IMG/VR virus record: IMGVR_UViG_3300046167_000685
Span: 1-58,588 of that record
Length of the DNA stretch: 58,588 bases
Origin: a virus
Taxonomy: Duplodnaviria > Caudoviricetes
Strand: one strand, 5' to 3'
The position numbers were made by a program, and so were the translations under genes. Position 1 is the stretch's first letter; each line of letters begins with the position of its first letter. The notes below the pieces were generated by a model. It was not told where the DNA came from. It saw only the letters and a program-made list of their open reading frames with translations, and made no database searches. Positions 9,890 to 18,976 of the stretch are shown here, piece after piece.

Positions 9890-10369
9890 ATGACTGAAGA
9901 AATGTTTGAAGGCTCGGTTACGAGAACTCCTCGCGCAAAAAACACTAGGGAGAAGGCGGCTAGGCGTAAGCCGTGGGCTCCCCCGTCTATGTTAGAGGCA
10001 CCGCCTGCACCGGATGGGTTCAAGCATCGTTGGATCCGGGCTGAAACCCGGGGTTTTGATGATACGAAGAACATCAGCGCAAAGTTGCGTGAGGGCTGGG
10101 AATTGGTTCGTAAGGACGAGTACCCGGACTTTGAGGCCCCGGTAGTTGAATCAGGTAAATACGAAGGTGTGTTTGGTGTAGGTGGGCTTGTTCTCGCTCG
10201 CATTCCATTGGAAACCGTTGAGGAACGGAGCGCCTACTTTGACCGTAGGACTCAAGACCAGATGGACGCAGTGGATCACGATATGATGCGCGAGAATGCA
10301 CATTCGACGATGACGATCAGTAATCCTGAACGTCAATCCCGTGTAACCTTTGGGGGTACAAGAAAGTAA
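9890..10369 (+). CDS. Head morphogenesis-associated protein
   Basis: PWAPPSML...GFKHRWIR...EGWELV; lies between scaffold and capsid. Confidence 0.6.
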   Translation: MTEEMFEGSVTRTPRAKNTREKAARRKPWAPPSMLEAPPAPDGFKHRWIRAETRGFDDTKNISAKLREGWELVRKDEYPDFEAPVVESGKYEGVFGVGGLVLARIPLETVEERSAYFDRRTQDQMDAVDHDMMRENAHSTMTISNPERQSRVTFGGTRK

Positions 10370-10393
10370 CCCCGCAATCTGGAGAAGAAGCAG

Positions 10394-11026
10394 ATGGCAA
10401 ATGAGCTAACTGGCGGCTATGGTCTTCGTCCGATTGGGATTACGGGTAGCGGCCCTAATTCTACTGGAACTACCCAGTATGAAATCGCATCCGACTACAC
10501 CACCGCCATTTACAAAGGTGGTATCGTAATCCCTCTCGCGGCAGGTACTATCGCCATTTCTGATCAAGCGGTTGCTCCGCTTGGTGTATTCAACGGCTGT
10601 GAATATGTGGACTCAAACACAGGTAAAACTGTGTTTAGCAACCACTGGCCCGGTTCAAACAATGCAAGCGTTGACACAAATCATCCTGTCAAAGCTTTCG
10701 TGTTTGATAACCCGATGCAGCTTTATGTTGTTGCCGCAGATGGCACCAACACCAATCGTGCTACCGCACTCGCAGATGTTTTTTCAAACTGCGATATGGC
10801 ATCCGTGAACGGCGGCAGCAACAACACAGGCCAAGCCAGCGACATGTTGGACATCAGCTCTGCGGCGACCACCGCTAACCTTGATGTTCGTATTGTTGGT
10901 TTGTTTGAGGATGCGGCAAATATTGATTACTCTGCTTTGGGTCATCAGTACATTGTACGCCTCAATGCGCCATTCAACTCGGGCTTCGCTGCTGCCGTTG
11001 GCACTGCCGCGAATACCGGTATTTAA
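10394..11026 (+). CDS. Minor capsid/decoration protein
   Basis: 210 aa, G/A/N/T-rich, directly upstream of the major capsid gene. Confidence 0.55.
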   Translation: MANELTGGYGLRPIGITGSGPNSTGTTQYEIASDYTTAIYKGGIVIPLAAGTIAISDQAVAPLGVFNGCEYVDSNTGKTVFSNHWPGSNNASVDTNHPVKAFVFDNPMQLYVVAADGTNTNRATALADVFSNCDMASVNGGSNNTGQASDMLDISSAATTANLDVRIVGLFEDAANIDYSALGHQYIVRLNAPFNSGFAAAVGTAANTGI

Positions 11027-11039
11027 GGAGGGCTTGTAA

Positions 11040-11948
11040 ATGGCTATTTCTCGCGCACAACTGGCGAAAGAGCTTGAGCCCGGCTTGAATGCTCTTTTCG
11101 GCCTTGAGTTTGATCGTTATGAAAACGAACATGCCGAAATCTTTGACGAAGAAACTTCTGATCGTGCCTTTGAAGAAGAGGTGATGCTCGGGGGTTTTGG
11201 AACTGCTCCGGTTAAGTCCGAAGGTGGAACCATTAGCTTTGATGACGCGCAGGAGACTTACACTGCACGTTACACACACGAGACCATTGCTCTGGCTTTC
11301 TCGATTTCCGAAGAAGCCATTGAAGACAATCTGTATGATCGTCTGGCCTCGCGTTACACTAAAGCTTTGGCTCGCTCTATGGCTCAGACCAAGCAGATCA
11401 AAGCTGCGGCAATCTTGAACAATGCGTTCAGCACCGGGGCAAGCGCCATCGGTGATGGCGCGGCACTGTGTTCGTCTTCTCACCCGTCTCTTTCTGGCAA
11501 CCAACGTAACTTGTTGTCTACTGCGGCGGATTTGAATGAAACCTCGCTTGAGCAAATGCTCATCGACATTGCTGGTTTCACTGACGAGCGCGGCCTAAAG
11601 GTTGCTGTACGTGGTATGAAGCTCATCATTCCAAAAGAACTGCAATTTATTGCGGAGCGGGTGATGAACTCAAACCTTCGTGTGGGCACCGCCGATAATG
11701 ATGCAAACGCCATGAAGAACATGGGAATGCTGCCGGAAGGTGCAGTGGTTAACCACTTCCTGACGGACACAGATGCTTTCTTCATCAAGACGGATGCACC
11801 TAACGGCTTCAAGATGTTCAATCGCTCACCAATCAAAACCGCTATGGAAGGCGATTTTGATACCGGTAACATGCGCTTCAAGGCGCGTGAGCGTTACAGC
11901 TTCGGTGTTTCCGATTGGCGCTGCGTTTTCGGTACACCCGGCGCATAA
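11040..11948 (+). CDS. Major capsid protein
   Basis: MAISRAQLAKELEPGLNALFG N-terminus; KARERYSFGVSDWR C-terminus; strong RBS; followed by terminator. Confidence 0.85.
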   Translation: MAISRAQLAKELEPGLNALFGLEFDRYENEHAEIFDEETSDRAFEEEVMLGGFGTAPVKSEGGTISFDDAQETYTARYTHETIALAFSISEEAIEDNLYDRLASRYTKALARSMAQTKQIKAAAILNNAFSTGASAIGDGAALCSSSHPSLSGNQRNLLSTAADLNETSLEQMLIDIAGFTDERGLKVAVRGMKLIIPKELQFIAERVMNSNLRVGTADNDANAMKNMGMLPEGAVVNHFLTDTDAFFIKTDAPNGFKMFNRSPIKTAMEGDFDTGNMRFKARERYSFGVSDWRCVFGTPGA

Positions 11949-11979
11949 TTCCCTAGTTCAGGGATACACATCAGCAGGG

Positions 11980-12010
11980 AGGGCGGCAGTATTGCCGCCC
12001 TTTCTTTTTT
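11980..12010 (+). terminator. Intrinsic terminator after capsid gene
   Basis: agggcggca-gtat-tgccgccct followed by a T-rich run. Confidence 0.85.
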
Positions 12011-12028
12011 AGTATATAGTTTTTACAT

Positions 12029-12071
12029 TCCTGACAGTCACATTGGGTGACTGACACTAGCCACGACAGGA
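12029..12071 (+). promoter_or_regulatory. Structured 5' leader that may sequester the Shine-Dalgarno
   Basis: Hairpin cagtcac/gtgactg (12035-12053) enclosed by tcctg/cagga, the latter overlapping the AGGAG SD. Confidence 0.4.
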
Positions 12072-12078
12072 GATGTAC

Positions 12079-12540
12079 ATGGCTACCACTACTTTTTCTG
12101 GCCCAATCAAAGCCGGACCTATTAAGAACACAACAGGAACTACCCTTGGCACCAACATTGCGAATGTTGGTCAAGTCGTTATGGCTCAAACCTTTTCAGT
12201 AGATCTTTCTGGAGGTGCTGTTGCAGCCGAAGTTACTAATGTTGTTATCCCTGCTAACTCTCAGATTATTGATTGTGTGATTGACGTAATCACTGCGGCG
12301 AGTGGCGCAACTAACCTTAGTGTTGGCGATACTGTTGGCGGTGCGGCCACAATTCTTAACACCTTCGCGATTGGGACGACGGCGGGCCGAAAGTATCCAA
12401 CAACTCAAGCTGGTGCAGCATTGGCGTGGCAAGATACTGGAACAGCCGATATTCGTCTGACCGTTACAGGTTCTGCTGCGACAAGTGCGGGCCTAGTTCG
12501 TGTTACAATCCTGTATCAGCAGAACAACAATCTTGCTTAA
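12079..12540 (+). CDS. Capsid decoration/structural protein
   Basis: MATTTFSGPIK start; beta-rich; after the capsid gene. Confidence 0.65.
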   Translation: MATTTFSGPIKAGPIKNTTGTTLGTNIANVGQVVMAQTFSVDLSGGAVAAEVTNVVIPANSQIIDCVIDVITAASGATNLSVGDTVGGAATILNTFAIGTTAGRKYPTTQAGAALAWQDTGTADIRLTVTGSAATSAGLVRVTILYQQNNNLA

Positions 12541-12552
12541 TAGGAGATTGGC

Positions 12553-12825
12553 ATGTCTGGATCTGATGTAAGATCGAAAAGAGTTACTGGCACAGGTTCA
12601 CTCGGTGTTGGCCCCGCTCGTATTAGACAGATACAGTTAACAACGGGTTCTGGAACTCCACGGCTCACTATTACAGATGGTTCTGGCGGTGCTACGGTCT
12701 TAGATTTGGACTTCAACGCTTCCACCACACACTCTGTGAACATTCCTGCTGAAGGTATTAGGGTGACTGACATTTTTGTTGGCACCTTAACTAACATAAC
12801 AGCAGTAACTTTCTTTTTTAGTTAG
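12553..12825 (+). CDS. Small structural/hypothetical protein
   Basis: 90 aa beta-rich; RBS AGGAG. Confidence 0.65.
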   Translation: MSGSDVRSKRVTGTGSLGVGPARIRQIQLTTGSGTPRLTITDGSGGATVLDLDFNASTTHSVNIPAEGIRVTDIFVGTLTNITAVTFFFS

Positions 12826-12832
12826 GTGAGTT

Positions 12833-13117
12833 ATGGCTTCGCGTGATGATAAAATGCCGAAGCGAAACAAAAAAAACTTCCGCCCCACAAAGTCTGGGGC
12901 GGGGATGACTAAGGCTGGGGTTGCGGCTTATAGAAAAGCAAACCCCGGCTCTAAGTTAAAAACAGCGGTTACTGGCAAGGTAAAAAAGGGTTCAAAAGAT
13001 GCGAAAAGGCGTAAGTCCTTTTGCGCTCGCTCTGCTGGACAAATGAAAAAATTTCCTAAAGCCGCAAAAAACCCAAACAGTCGTTTGAGACAGGCTCGCA
13101 AAAGGTGGAAATGTTAA
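12833..13117 (+). CDS. Very basic protein (DUF6321-like)
   Basis: GAGMTKAGVAAYRKANPGSKL...RRKSFCARS...RKRWKC. Confidence 0.65.
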   Translation: MASRDDKMPKRNKKNFRPTKSGAGMTKAGVAAYRKANPGSKLKTAVTGKVKKGSKDAKRRKSFCARSAGQMKKFPKAAKNPNSRLRQARKRWKC

Positions 13118-13275
13118 TGAAAGCCGATGATGTTTTAAAACTTTTGGAAAAACACGAAAAAGAGTGCGGTAGTCGGTATGCTCAGATACAGAAACAGTTG
13201 GATAAGTTAGATCAACGTCTCTGGGGTATAGCGGGCCTGATAATAGCTGCGGCAGTTGTGCAAAAGGTGTTCTAA
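13117..13275 (+). CDS. Small coiled-coil protein with C-terminal TM (52 aa, not in ORF track)
   Basis: MKADDVLKLLEKHEKECGSRYAQIQKQLDKLDQRLWGIAGLIIAAAVVQKVF; overlaps both neighbours by TAATG. Confidence 0.7.
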   Translation: MKADDVLKLLEKHEKECGSRYAQIQKQLDKLDQRLWGIAGLIIAAAVVQKVF

Positions 13276-13508
13276 TGGGAAGTGTAGTAAACATTGGCTC
13301 TGGGGCCTGCCCTGTTCGTAAAGCGGGGAAAAACGCTGTCGTCCGCATGAAAAAAGGCGGAAAGGTAAAAAGTGGTGGCAAGATTTGTCCGAAAGGAAAG
13401 GCATGGGCTAAACGGACGTTTGATACATACCCGTCAGCCTATGCAAACATGGCCGCGTCAAAATACTGTAAAGATCCCAACTACGCCAAAAAATCAAAGG
13501 GCAAGTAA
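13275..13508 (+). CDS. Small basic protein
   Basis: KGGKV/SGGKI motifs; AKRTFDTYPSAYAN. Confidence 0.7.
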   Translation: MGSVVNIGSGACPVRKAGKNAVVRMKKGGKVKSGGKICPKGKAWAKRTFDTYPSAYANMAASKYCKDPNYAKKSKGK

Positions 13509-13894
13509 TGGGCCAGCTTAAAGAATGGGTAAAACAAGATTGGGTAAGGATAGGCAGCGATGGTTCTATCAAAGGTAAGTGTGGTACTTCAAAAGATAAG
13601 AAAAACCCTGATCGTTGTCTTCCAAGAGCTAAAGCGAACAGTCTTTCAAAGGCTGAACGCGCTACGACAGCTCGTAAGAAAAAAAGAGCCGGATCCAAAG
13701 GTAAAACCGTCGTTGCAAACACCAAGAGAGCGAAAGTCACCAACCTCAAAAACGGCGGGGCGGTCGGCTACGAAACGAAAGCCAAAAGGCCCTTCAGGGG
13801 CAAAAAAGTAGCCGGGACAGCGGTCGCCCGGGGGTGTGGGGCAGTAATGCCTGACCGCAGGAAAAGAACTAAGGGTTCAGTAAGTCAAGCGTAG
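13508..13894 (+). CDS. Basic protein (DUF5872-like)
   Basis: LKEWVKQDWV...CG...CLP; K/R-rich; ARGCGAV motif. Confidence 0.65.
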   Translation: MGQLKEWVKQDWVRIGSDGSIKGKCGTSKDKKNPDRCLPRAKANSLSKAERATTARKKKRAGSKGKTVVANTKRAKVTNLKNGGAVGYETKAKRPFRGKKVAGTAVARGCGAVMPDRRKRTKGSVSQA

Positions 13895-13903
13895 GAGCGT
13901 GAA

Positions 13904-14170
13904 ATGGCTAAAGAATTTATGACAATGGACGAATATGCCGCCTCTCTCGTAGGCGGGGGCATGAAGTCTAAAGGCATGGCCCGAGGCGGCAAAGTCGGCA
14001 TGAAAAAGAAGGGTTATGCCAAGGGTGGAAAGGTCGCAAAAATGGCTGGTGGCGGCAAAGTCGGCATGATGAAGAAGAAAGGCTACGCGAAGGGCGGCAA
14101 GGTCGCAAAAATGGCTGGTGGCGGCATGATGAAGAAAAAGGGTTATGCCAAGGGCGGCAAGGTAAAGTAA
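13904..14170 (+). CDS. Histone/protamine-like repetitive basic protein
   Basis: Tandem MKKKGYAKGGKVAKMAGGG repeats visible in protein and DNA. Confidence 0.75.
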   Translation: MAKEFMTMDEYAASLVGGGMKSKGMARGGKVGMKKKGYAKGGKVAKMAGGGKVGMMKKKGYAKGGKVAKMAGGGMMKKKGYAKGGKVK

Positions 14171-14171
14171 C

Positions 14172-14849
14172 TTGCCCTATCTTCAAAGCAACATTCCGCA
14201 CTTTAAATGTTGGGTGCGGAAGGAATACACCTGTAATCATTTGAATTATCATGGTGAGTTTATTCACGCCATGGCTATCGCGGTGACGACTATGCCTAGC
14301 CGTTGCCTGAGTTTTCAAATGATATTTACAGGTTGTGAGGCCGATGGGGATGATCAACCAAATGTTCACGGAGGTGCGATGTGGGCAAGAATGCCCATAA
14401 CGGCTCTTGTTGGGGATACGCCGCTTGAAGAATGGCCAGAGCCTATGCCCGTTCATTTAGCGCAACCTTGGGATTGCATGTCCCACACTCACGCTGTCTA
14501 CCGTTTAGATCGGGCACACCCGTGTCCGTGGATTGCTAAGATAGGGCCCGATTTCTACCCGGCTAAATACTATTTTACTGTAGATTACACCGAAAGTGAA
14601 ATTGCCGACGACCCCGCACAGCACAAGCAAAGCCACGTTTTGGAGCTTTTAGACGCGGGGCCCTACACGGGAAATATCGTTGCTTTGCCTAACAATCGAG
14701 TGCGCGTAACGCATCCTGCGTGGTTTGAAACAGGTGAAGGTCCCCCGGACTTCTTGCCCTCACAACACATACACTATTCAAAATCGGATTTAGACTATAC
14801 CATGGATGTAAATCAGATTTTTGACAATCTGTATGCGGAGAAAAAGTGA
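14172..14849 (+). CDS. Hypothetical protein
   Basis: 225 aa, TTG start; His/Trp/Cys-rich (WARMPITAL, QPWDC, QHKQSHVL). Confidence 0.7.
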   Translation: MPYLQSNIPHFKCWVRKEYTCNHLNYHGEFIHAMAIAVTTMPSRCLSFQMIFTGCEADGDDQPNVHGGAMWARMPITALVGDTPLEEWPEPMPVHLAQPWDCMSHTHAVYRLDRAHPCPWIAKIGPDFYPAKYYFTVDYTESEIADDPAQHKQSHVLELLDAGPYTGNIVALPNNRVRVTHPAWFETGEGPPDFLPSQHIHYSKSDLDYTMDVNQIFDNLYAEKK

Positions 14850-15517
14850 TGGCCATTTCGGGTAGCACCAATTTTGAATTAGACGTATCGGATTACATAG
14901 AAGAAGCTTTTGAGCGTTGTGGCCTTGAGGTTCGTACCGGTTACGATCTTAAAACAGCGCGAAGGTCTTTGAACTTGATGTTAGCCGAGTGGGCTAATCG
15001 CGGCTTAAATCAATGGACTATTACGGAACGGTCTCAAGCCTTAACAGATGGCACCGCAGCGTATTCGTTGGGAACGGATGTAATTGACATTCTTTCTGTG
15101 GTGGTTCGTAGAAGCGGGACTGATTTTGCTTTAGAACGTATTAGCCGGGATGCCTATCAAAACATTCCAACAAAAAGCACCGAGGGCCGTCCTTCTCAGT
15201 TTTTCTTGGATCGTCAAATCACGCCTTCTTTGAAACTATGGCCTACACCGGAAAACAGCACGGATGTTGTGTATTACAATGCTTTGACTCGCATGGATGA
15301 TGCAGATCTAGCAACTAATACTTTAGAAGTACCGTTTCGGTTTTATCCTTGTTTAGCCGCTGGTTTAGCGTATTACATTGCAATCAAGCGAGCTCCAGAT
15401 CGAATACAGCTCTTAAAGGCTGTATATGAAGAGGAATTTGAACGAGCCATGACGGAAGATCGAGATCGAGCGTCTTTCAGCGTTGTTCCACAATACGAGT
15501 ATTTTAGGGTGGGGTGA
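14849..15517 (+). CDS. Head-tail adaptor/connector protein
   Basis: IEEAFERCG...ARRSLNL...EWANRGLN; GRPSQF; LWPTP. Confidence 0.6.
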   Translation: MAISGSTNFELDVSDYIEEAFERCGLEVRTGYDLKTARRSLNLMLAEWANRGLNQWTITERSQALTDGTAAYSLGTDVIDILSVVVRRSGTDFALERISRDAYQNIPTKSTEGRPSQFFLDRQITPSLKLWPTPENSTDVVYYNALTRMDDADLATNTLEVPFRFYPCLAAGLAYYIAIKRAPDRIQLLKAVYEEEFERAMTEDRDRASFSVVPQYEYFRVG

Positions 15518-16317
15518 TGTCTAAATTTGCTACGGGTAAATATTCTTATGCCATATCTGACCGATCCGGGTTTAGGTATCGGTACAAGGACATGCGCCGA
15601 GAATGGAACGGTTTGCTTGTAGGAAAAGATGAATACGAGACAAAACAACCACAATTAGGGCCTTTTCGAGTTCCGTCGGACCCGCAAGCTTTACGGAACC
15701 CAAGGCCAGACACCCAAAACCGTTTTTCGGTAAATGTCACATTTCCAACCTTTGATCTGACAACTGTTCAATACATACCCTTAAGGGCGATGTTAAGCTC
15801 TGTGGGTCAAGTAGTTGCCACCGGCAGTGCGACGGGAGAAGCTGTTTCTGTGGCAATAACCGGTATTTCTGCCGAAGGTTATGTTGGAAGCGTGGTTGCG
15901 TCTAACATAGCCTCTGCAACGGCGGCGGTAACTGGCGTAGCGGGAACAAGTGCCGTAGGTTCAGTTTCTGTAGTAGCGATAACAGTTTACACTGTAACGG
16001 TTTCAAGCGATGGATACGGTAATAAATACTATATTGCAGGTCTTTCAGGGGCTGCCCCAACCCTCACCCTCAACGAGGGAAGCACTTATCGATTTGATCA
16101 GTCTGATTCCAGTAATTCCGGGCACCCATTTAGGTTCTCTACCACATCTAATGGAACACATGCTGGCGGCAGTGAGTACACCACCGGTGTAACGCATAGC
16201 GGCACTCCGGGTAGTTCAGGGGCTTATACACAGATCACGGTAGCCTCTGGTGCTCCAACTCTGTATTATTATTGCACAAATCACAGTGGTATGGGCGGCA
16301 CTGCAAACACGCCATAG
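15517..16317 (+). CDS. Virion protein with C-terminal cupredoxin-like domain
   Basis: AISDRSGFRY N-domain, Ser/Thr/Val linker, then GHPFRF...YYYCTNHSGM. Confidence 0.6.
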   Translation: MSKFATGKYSYAISDRSGFRYRYKDMRREWNGLLVGKDEYETKQPQLGPFRVPSDPQALRNPRPDTQNRFSVNVTFPTFDLTTVQYIPLRAMLSSVGQVVATGSATGEAVSVAITGISAEGYVGSVVASNIASATAAVTGVAGTSAVGSVSVVAITVYTVTVSSDGYGNKYYIAGLSGAAPTLTLNEGSTYRFDQSDSSNSGHPFRFSTTSNGTHAGGSEYTTGVTHSGTPGSSGAYTQITVASGAPTLYYYCTNHSGMGGTANTP

Positions 16318-16326
16318 GAGTAGAAA

Positions 16327-16749
16327 ATGGCCTTTTCTGGAAATTTCTTGTGTACGTCTTTCAAGAGCGAACTGTTCAATGCAGTTCATAATTTTGGAAG
16401 TCATACTTTTAAGGTCGCATTGTTTACTAACAGCGCGACATTGAATGCAACCACAACCGCATACTCAAGCACCAACGAAGTTAGTGGTACGGGTTACAGT
16501 GCAGGTGGGGCAACTGTTGCAAATGTTAGTGTAAATACTAGCGGAACCACGGCGTTTATAGATTTTGATGACGTTGCCTTTTCAAGCTCTACGATAACTG
16601 CGAGAGGCGCACTTTTGTACAACAGCAGTGCTTCTAACAAAGCCGTAGCAGTGTTTGATTTTGGTGCGGATAAATCTTCGTCGTCCTCAACATTTACAAT
16701 CACAATCCCGACGGCGGATGCGAGCAATGCGATAGTTAGGATTGCCTGA
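16327..16749 (+). CDS. Virion structural protein
   Basis: CTSFKSEL...FKVALFT...GTGYSAGG...ITARGALLYN. Confidence 0.65.
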   Translation: MAFSGNFLCTSFKSELFNAVHNFGSHTFKVALFTNSATLNATTTAYSSTNEVSGTGYSAGGATVANVSVNTSGTTAFIDFDDVAFSSSTITARGALLYNSSASNKAVAVFDFGADKSSSSSTFTITIPTADASNAIVRIA

Positions 16750-17402
16750 TGAGCTTTACGTATGGCGAGTTAAAGACAGCAATTCAAAATTTTACAGACA
16801 ACGAAGAAACAACCTTCGTCACCAATCTGCCTGTCTTTATTCGTTCTGCCGAAGATCGAATATTTAAGTTAGTCGATCTTGAGGTGTTTCGTAGAAATGC
16901 CACAAGCACTTTAACTCAAAACGATCCTTACTTGTCTGTTCCTACAGACTATTTATCTTCTTTTTCAATGTCTGTAACAAACAGTTCTAGCAAAGAGTTT
17001 TTGCTTCAAAAAGACGTTAACTTTCTACAGACCTATAATCCCAATCCCGCTACTACGGGAACACCAAAGTATTATGCTTTTTTTGATGTAAATAACTTTA
17101 TATTATCGCCGACGCCCGACTCAAACTACGCGGTAGAGCTTCACTACTATTACCGGCCAGATAGCATTACAAAATCACCCGGAGCCGACAGTCAAACGAC
17201 TTGGCTCAGTGAAAACGCTCCAAATGCGTTGCTTTACGGTTCATTGATGGAAGCGTACATTTACATGAAGGGCGAACAAGACATGCTTCAGATGTACGAG
17301 AAACAGTTCGCCGAAGCTCTAAGTCGAATTAAGGATCTGGCGGAAGCTAGAGAAAACAGCGATGCGTATCGCAGAGGTCTGCCAGATCGGCCTCGTACAT
17401 AA
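16749..17402 (+). CDS. Adaptor/tail tubular-like protein
   Basis: TYGELKTAIQNF...GTPKYYA...PTPD...TWLSENAPNALLYGSL. Confidence 0.6.
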   Translation: MSFTYGELKTAIQNFTDNEETTFVTNLPVFIRSAEDRIFKLVDLEVFRRNATSTLTQNDPYLSVPTDYLSSFSMSVTNSSSKEFLLQKDVNFLQTYNPNPATTGTPKYYAFFDVNNFILSPTPDSNYAVELHYYYRPDSITKSPGADSQTTWLSENAPNALLYGSLMEAYIYMKGEQDMLQMYEKQFAEALSRIKDLAEARENSDAYRRGLPDRPRT

Positions 17403-17414
17403 GGAGTAGAAGAC

Positions 17415-17843
17415 ATGGCAACGTCAAACGCAGCAACCACCTACATGGAGCATGCACTATTGCAGTTCCTGTTTAAGAACAACGCGGAGAGTTTTGCAAC
17501 TCCGGGTAACAGCATATATGTTGGCCTTGCAACCGCCGTATCTAGTATTGAGACAGGCTCTCTAACAGAGGCCACGTTTGGGTCTTACGCTAGGCAGCAG
17601 GTTCAGGCTTCCGGCTGGACAGTTCCAGCAGTGGGAACAGATACTCAGACAGCAGTAAATGCTGCGAATATTGAGTTCCCGGCGTCTACCGGCACAAACA
17701 ACACGATCACACATGCCTTTGTTGTAGACGCTGCCAGCAGCGGAAACATCTTGTTTATAGGTGCCTTGGACGCAAGTAAGACAATCGCCACTGGCGACAT
17801 CTTCCGCATCAACGCAGGCAACCTGTCGATAGAGCTAAAGTAA
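17415..17843 (+). CDS. Tail structural protein
   Basis: IYVGLATA...SYARQ...IEFP...DAASSGNILF...KTIATGDIF. Confidence 0.6.
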   Translation: MATSNAATTYMEHALLQFLFKNNAESFATPGNSIYVGLATAVSSIETGSLTEATFGSYARQQVQASGWTVPAVGTDTQTAVNAANIEFPASTGTNNTITHAFVVDAASSGNILFIGALDASKTIATGDIFRINAGNLSIELK

Positions 17844-17844
17844 C

Positions 17845-18621
17845 ATGGCACTTGTTCTCAGAGATCGCGTAAAAGAAACGACCACTACCACCGGCACTGC
17901 AACGTACACGCTTGCAGGCGCTGTTTCTGGTTTTGAGACTTTCGGCAGCGTGGGCGACGGGAACACGACATATTACGCTTGTTCTGACGGCACCGACTTT
18001 GAGGTCGGCATTGGAACCTACACTGCGTCAGGCACCACACTAGCCAGAACTACGGTGCTTCAGTCGAGCAATAGCGATGCTGCTGTGAACTGGAGTTCCG
18101 GCACAAGGACGATTTTCTGCACGTTGCCAGCGGAGAAGATGTCTTTCCTTGATGCCTCTGGAAATGTGGTGGCGGCTAACGGTAGCAATTTGACAGCGCT
18201 CAATGCCAGCAACCTTGCTTCTGGCACGGTTCCAGACGCTAGGTTCCCTGCAACTCTGCCAGCGGCCAGTGGTGTAAACCTCACCGCACTGAACGCCAGC
18301 AATCTTGGCTCTGGTACAGTCCCAGATGCGCGGTTCCCAGCTACACTACCGGCGGCGAATGGTAGTAATCTGACGGCACTGAACGCCAGCAATCTTGCTA
18401 GCGGGACGGTAGCCAACGCCAGATTAGACGCACAGTTACAGGACGTAGCGGGTCTAGCTACAACAGATGGCGGGTTTATCGTGGGGGATGGATCTAACTT
18501 TGTACTTGAGAGCGGCGCAACGGCGAGAACGTCCCTTGGATTGGGTAGCGCAGCCACATCTAACACAACCGACTTTGATGCCGCAGGAGAAGCCGTGGCA
18601 CTGGCGATAGCACTGGGGTAG
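17845..18621 (+). CDS. Tail fibre-like protein with 30-aa tandem repeats
   Basis: DRVKETTTTTGT N-terminus; ~3 copies of NLTALNASNLASGTVPDARFPATLPAA; ALAIALG end. Confidence 0.7.
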   Translation: MALVLRDRVKETTTTTGTATYTLAGAVSGFETFGSVGDGNTTYYACSDGTDFEVGIGTYTASGTTLARTTVLQSSNSDAAVNWSSGTRTIFCTLPAEKMSFLDASGNVVAANGSNLTALNASNLASGTVPDARFPATLPAASGVNLTALNASNLGSGTVPDARFPATLPAANGSNLTALNASNLASGTVANARLDAQLQDVAGLATTDGGFIVGDGSNFVLESGATARTSLGLGSAATSNTTDFDAAGEAVALAIALG

Positions 18622-18628
18622 TAGAGCA

Positions 18629-18976
18629 ATGGCTAATAATTTTAAGACCTTCACCGCTCAGAACATAGATACTAGCAGTAGCAAGGCTACGCTCTATACC
18701 TGCCCCTCTTCCACAGAAACCACGATAATCGGTCTGAACATTGCGAATATTCTGACCGTTTCTATAACGGTTACGGTTGAGCTTCACGATGGCGGTGAAA
18801 GTGGCACAACTAATCTAAGACACATTGTGAAAAACGCAATCGTGCCGGTAGGCTCGTCGCTGGTTGTTGTCGGCGGCGACCAAAAGATCGTGATGAACTC
18901 TACAGATGTTTTAAAAGTCTACGGGTCAGAAGCAAACTGCTGTGACGCGGTTCTTAGTGTGTTGGAGATTACCTGA
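18629..18976 (+). CDS. Tail fibre-associated protein
   Basis: MANNFK...LYTCP...TTIIGLNIAN...LSVLEIT. Confidence 0.6.
   Translation: MANNFKTFTAQNIDTSSSKATLYTCPSSTETTIIGLNIANILTVSITVTVELHDGGESGTTNLRHIVKNAIVPVGSSLVVVGGDQKIVMNSTDVLKVYGSEANCCDAVLSVLEIT

Noticed and set aside
13960-14165. Tandem repeats as a CRISPR array (also ~18172-18426)
   Set aside because: In-frame coding repeats with synonymous variation and no unique spacers or cas genes
17052-17062. 11-nt match ACTACGGGAAC to the sRNA seed
   Set aside because: Mid-CDS, far from a start codon; plausible by chance
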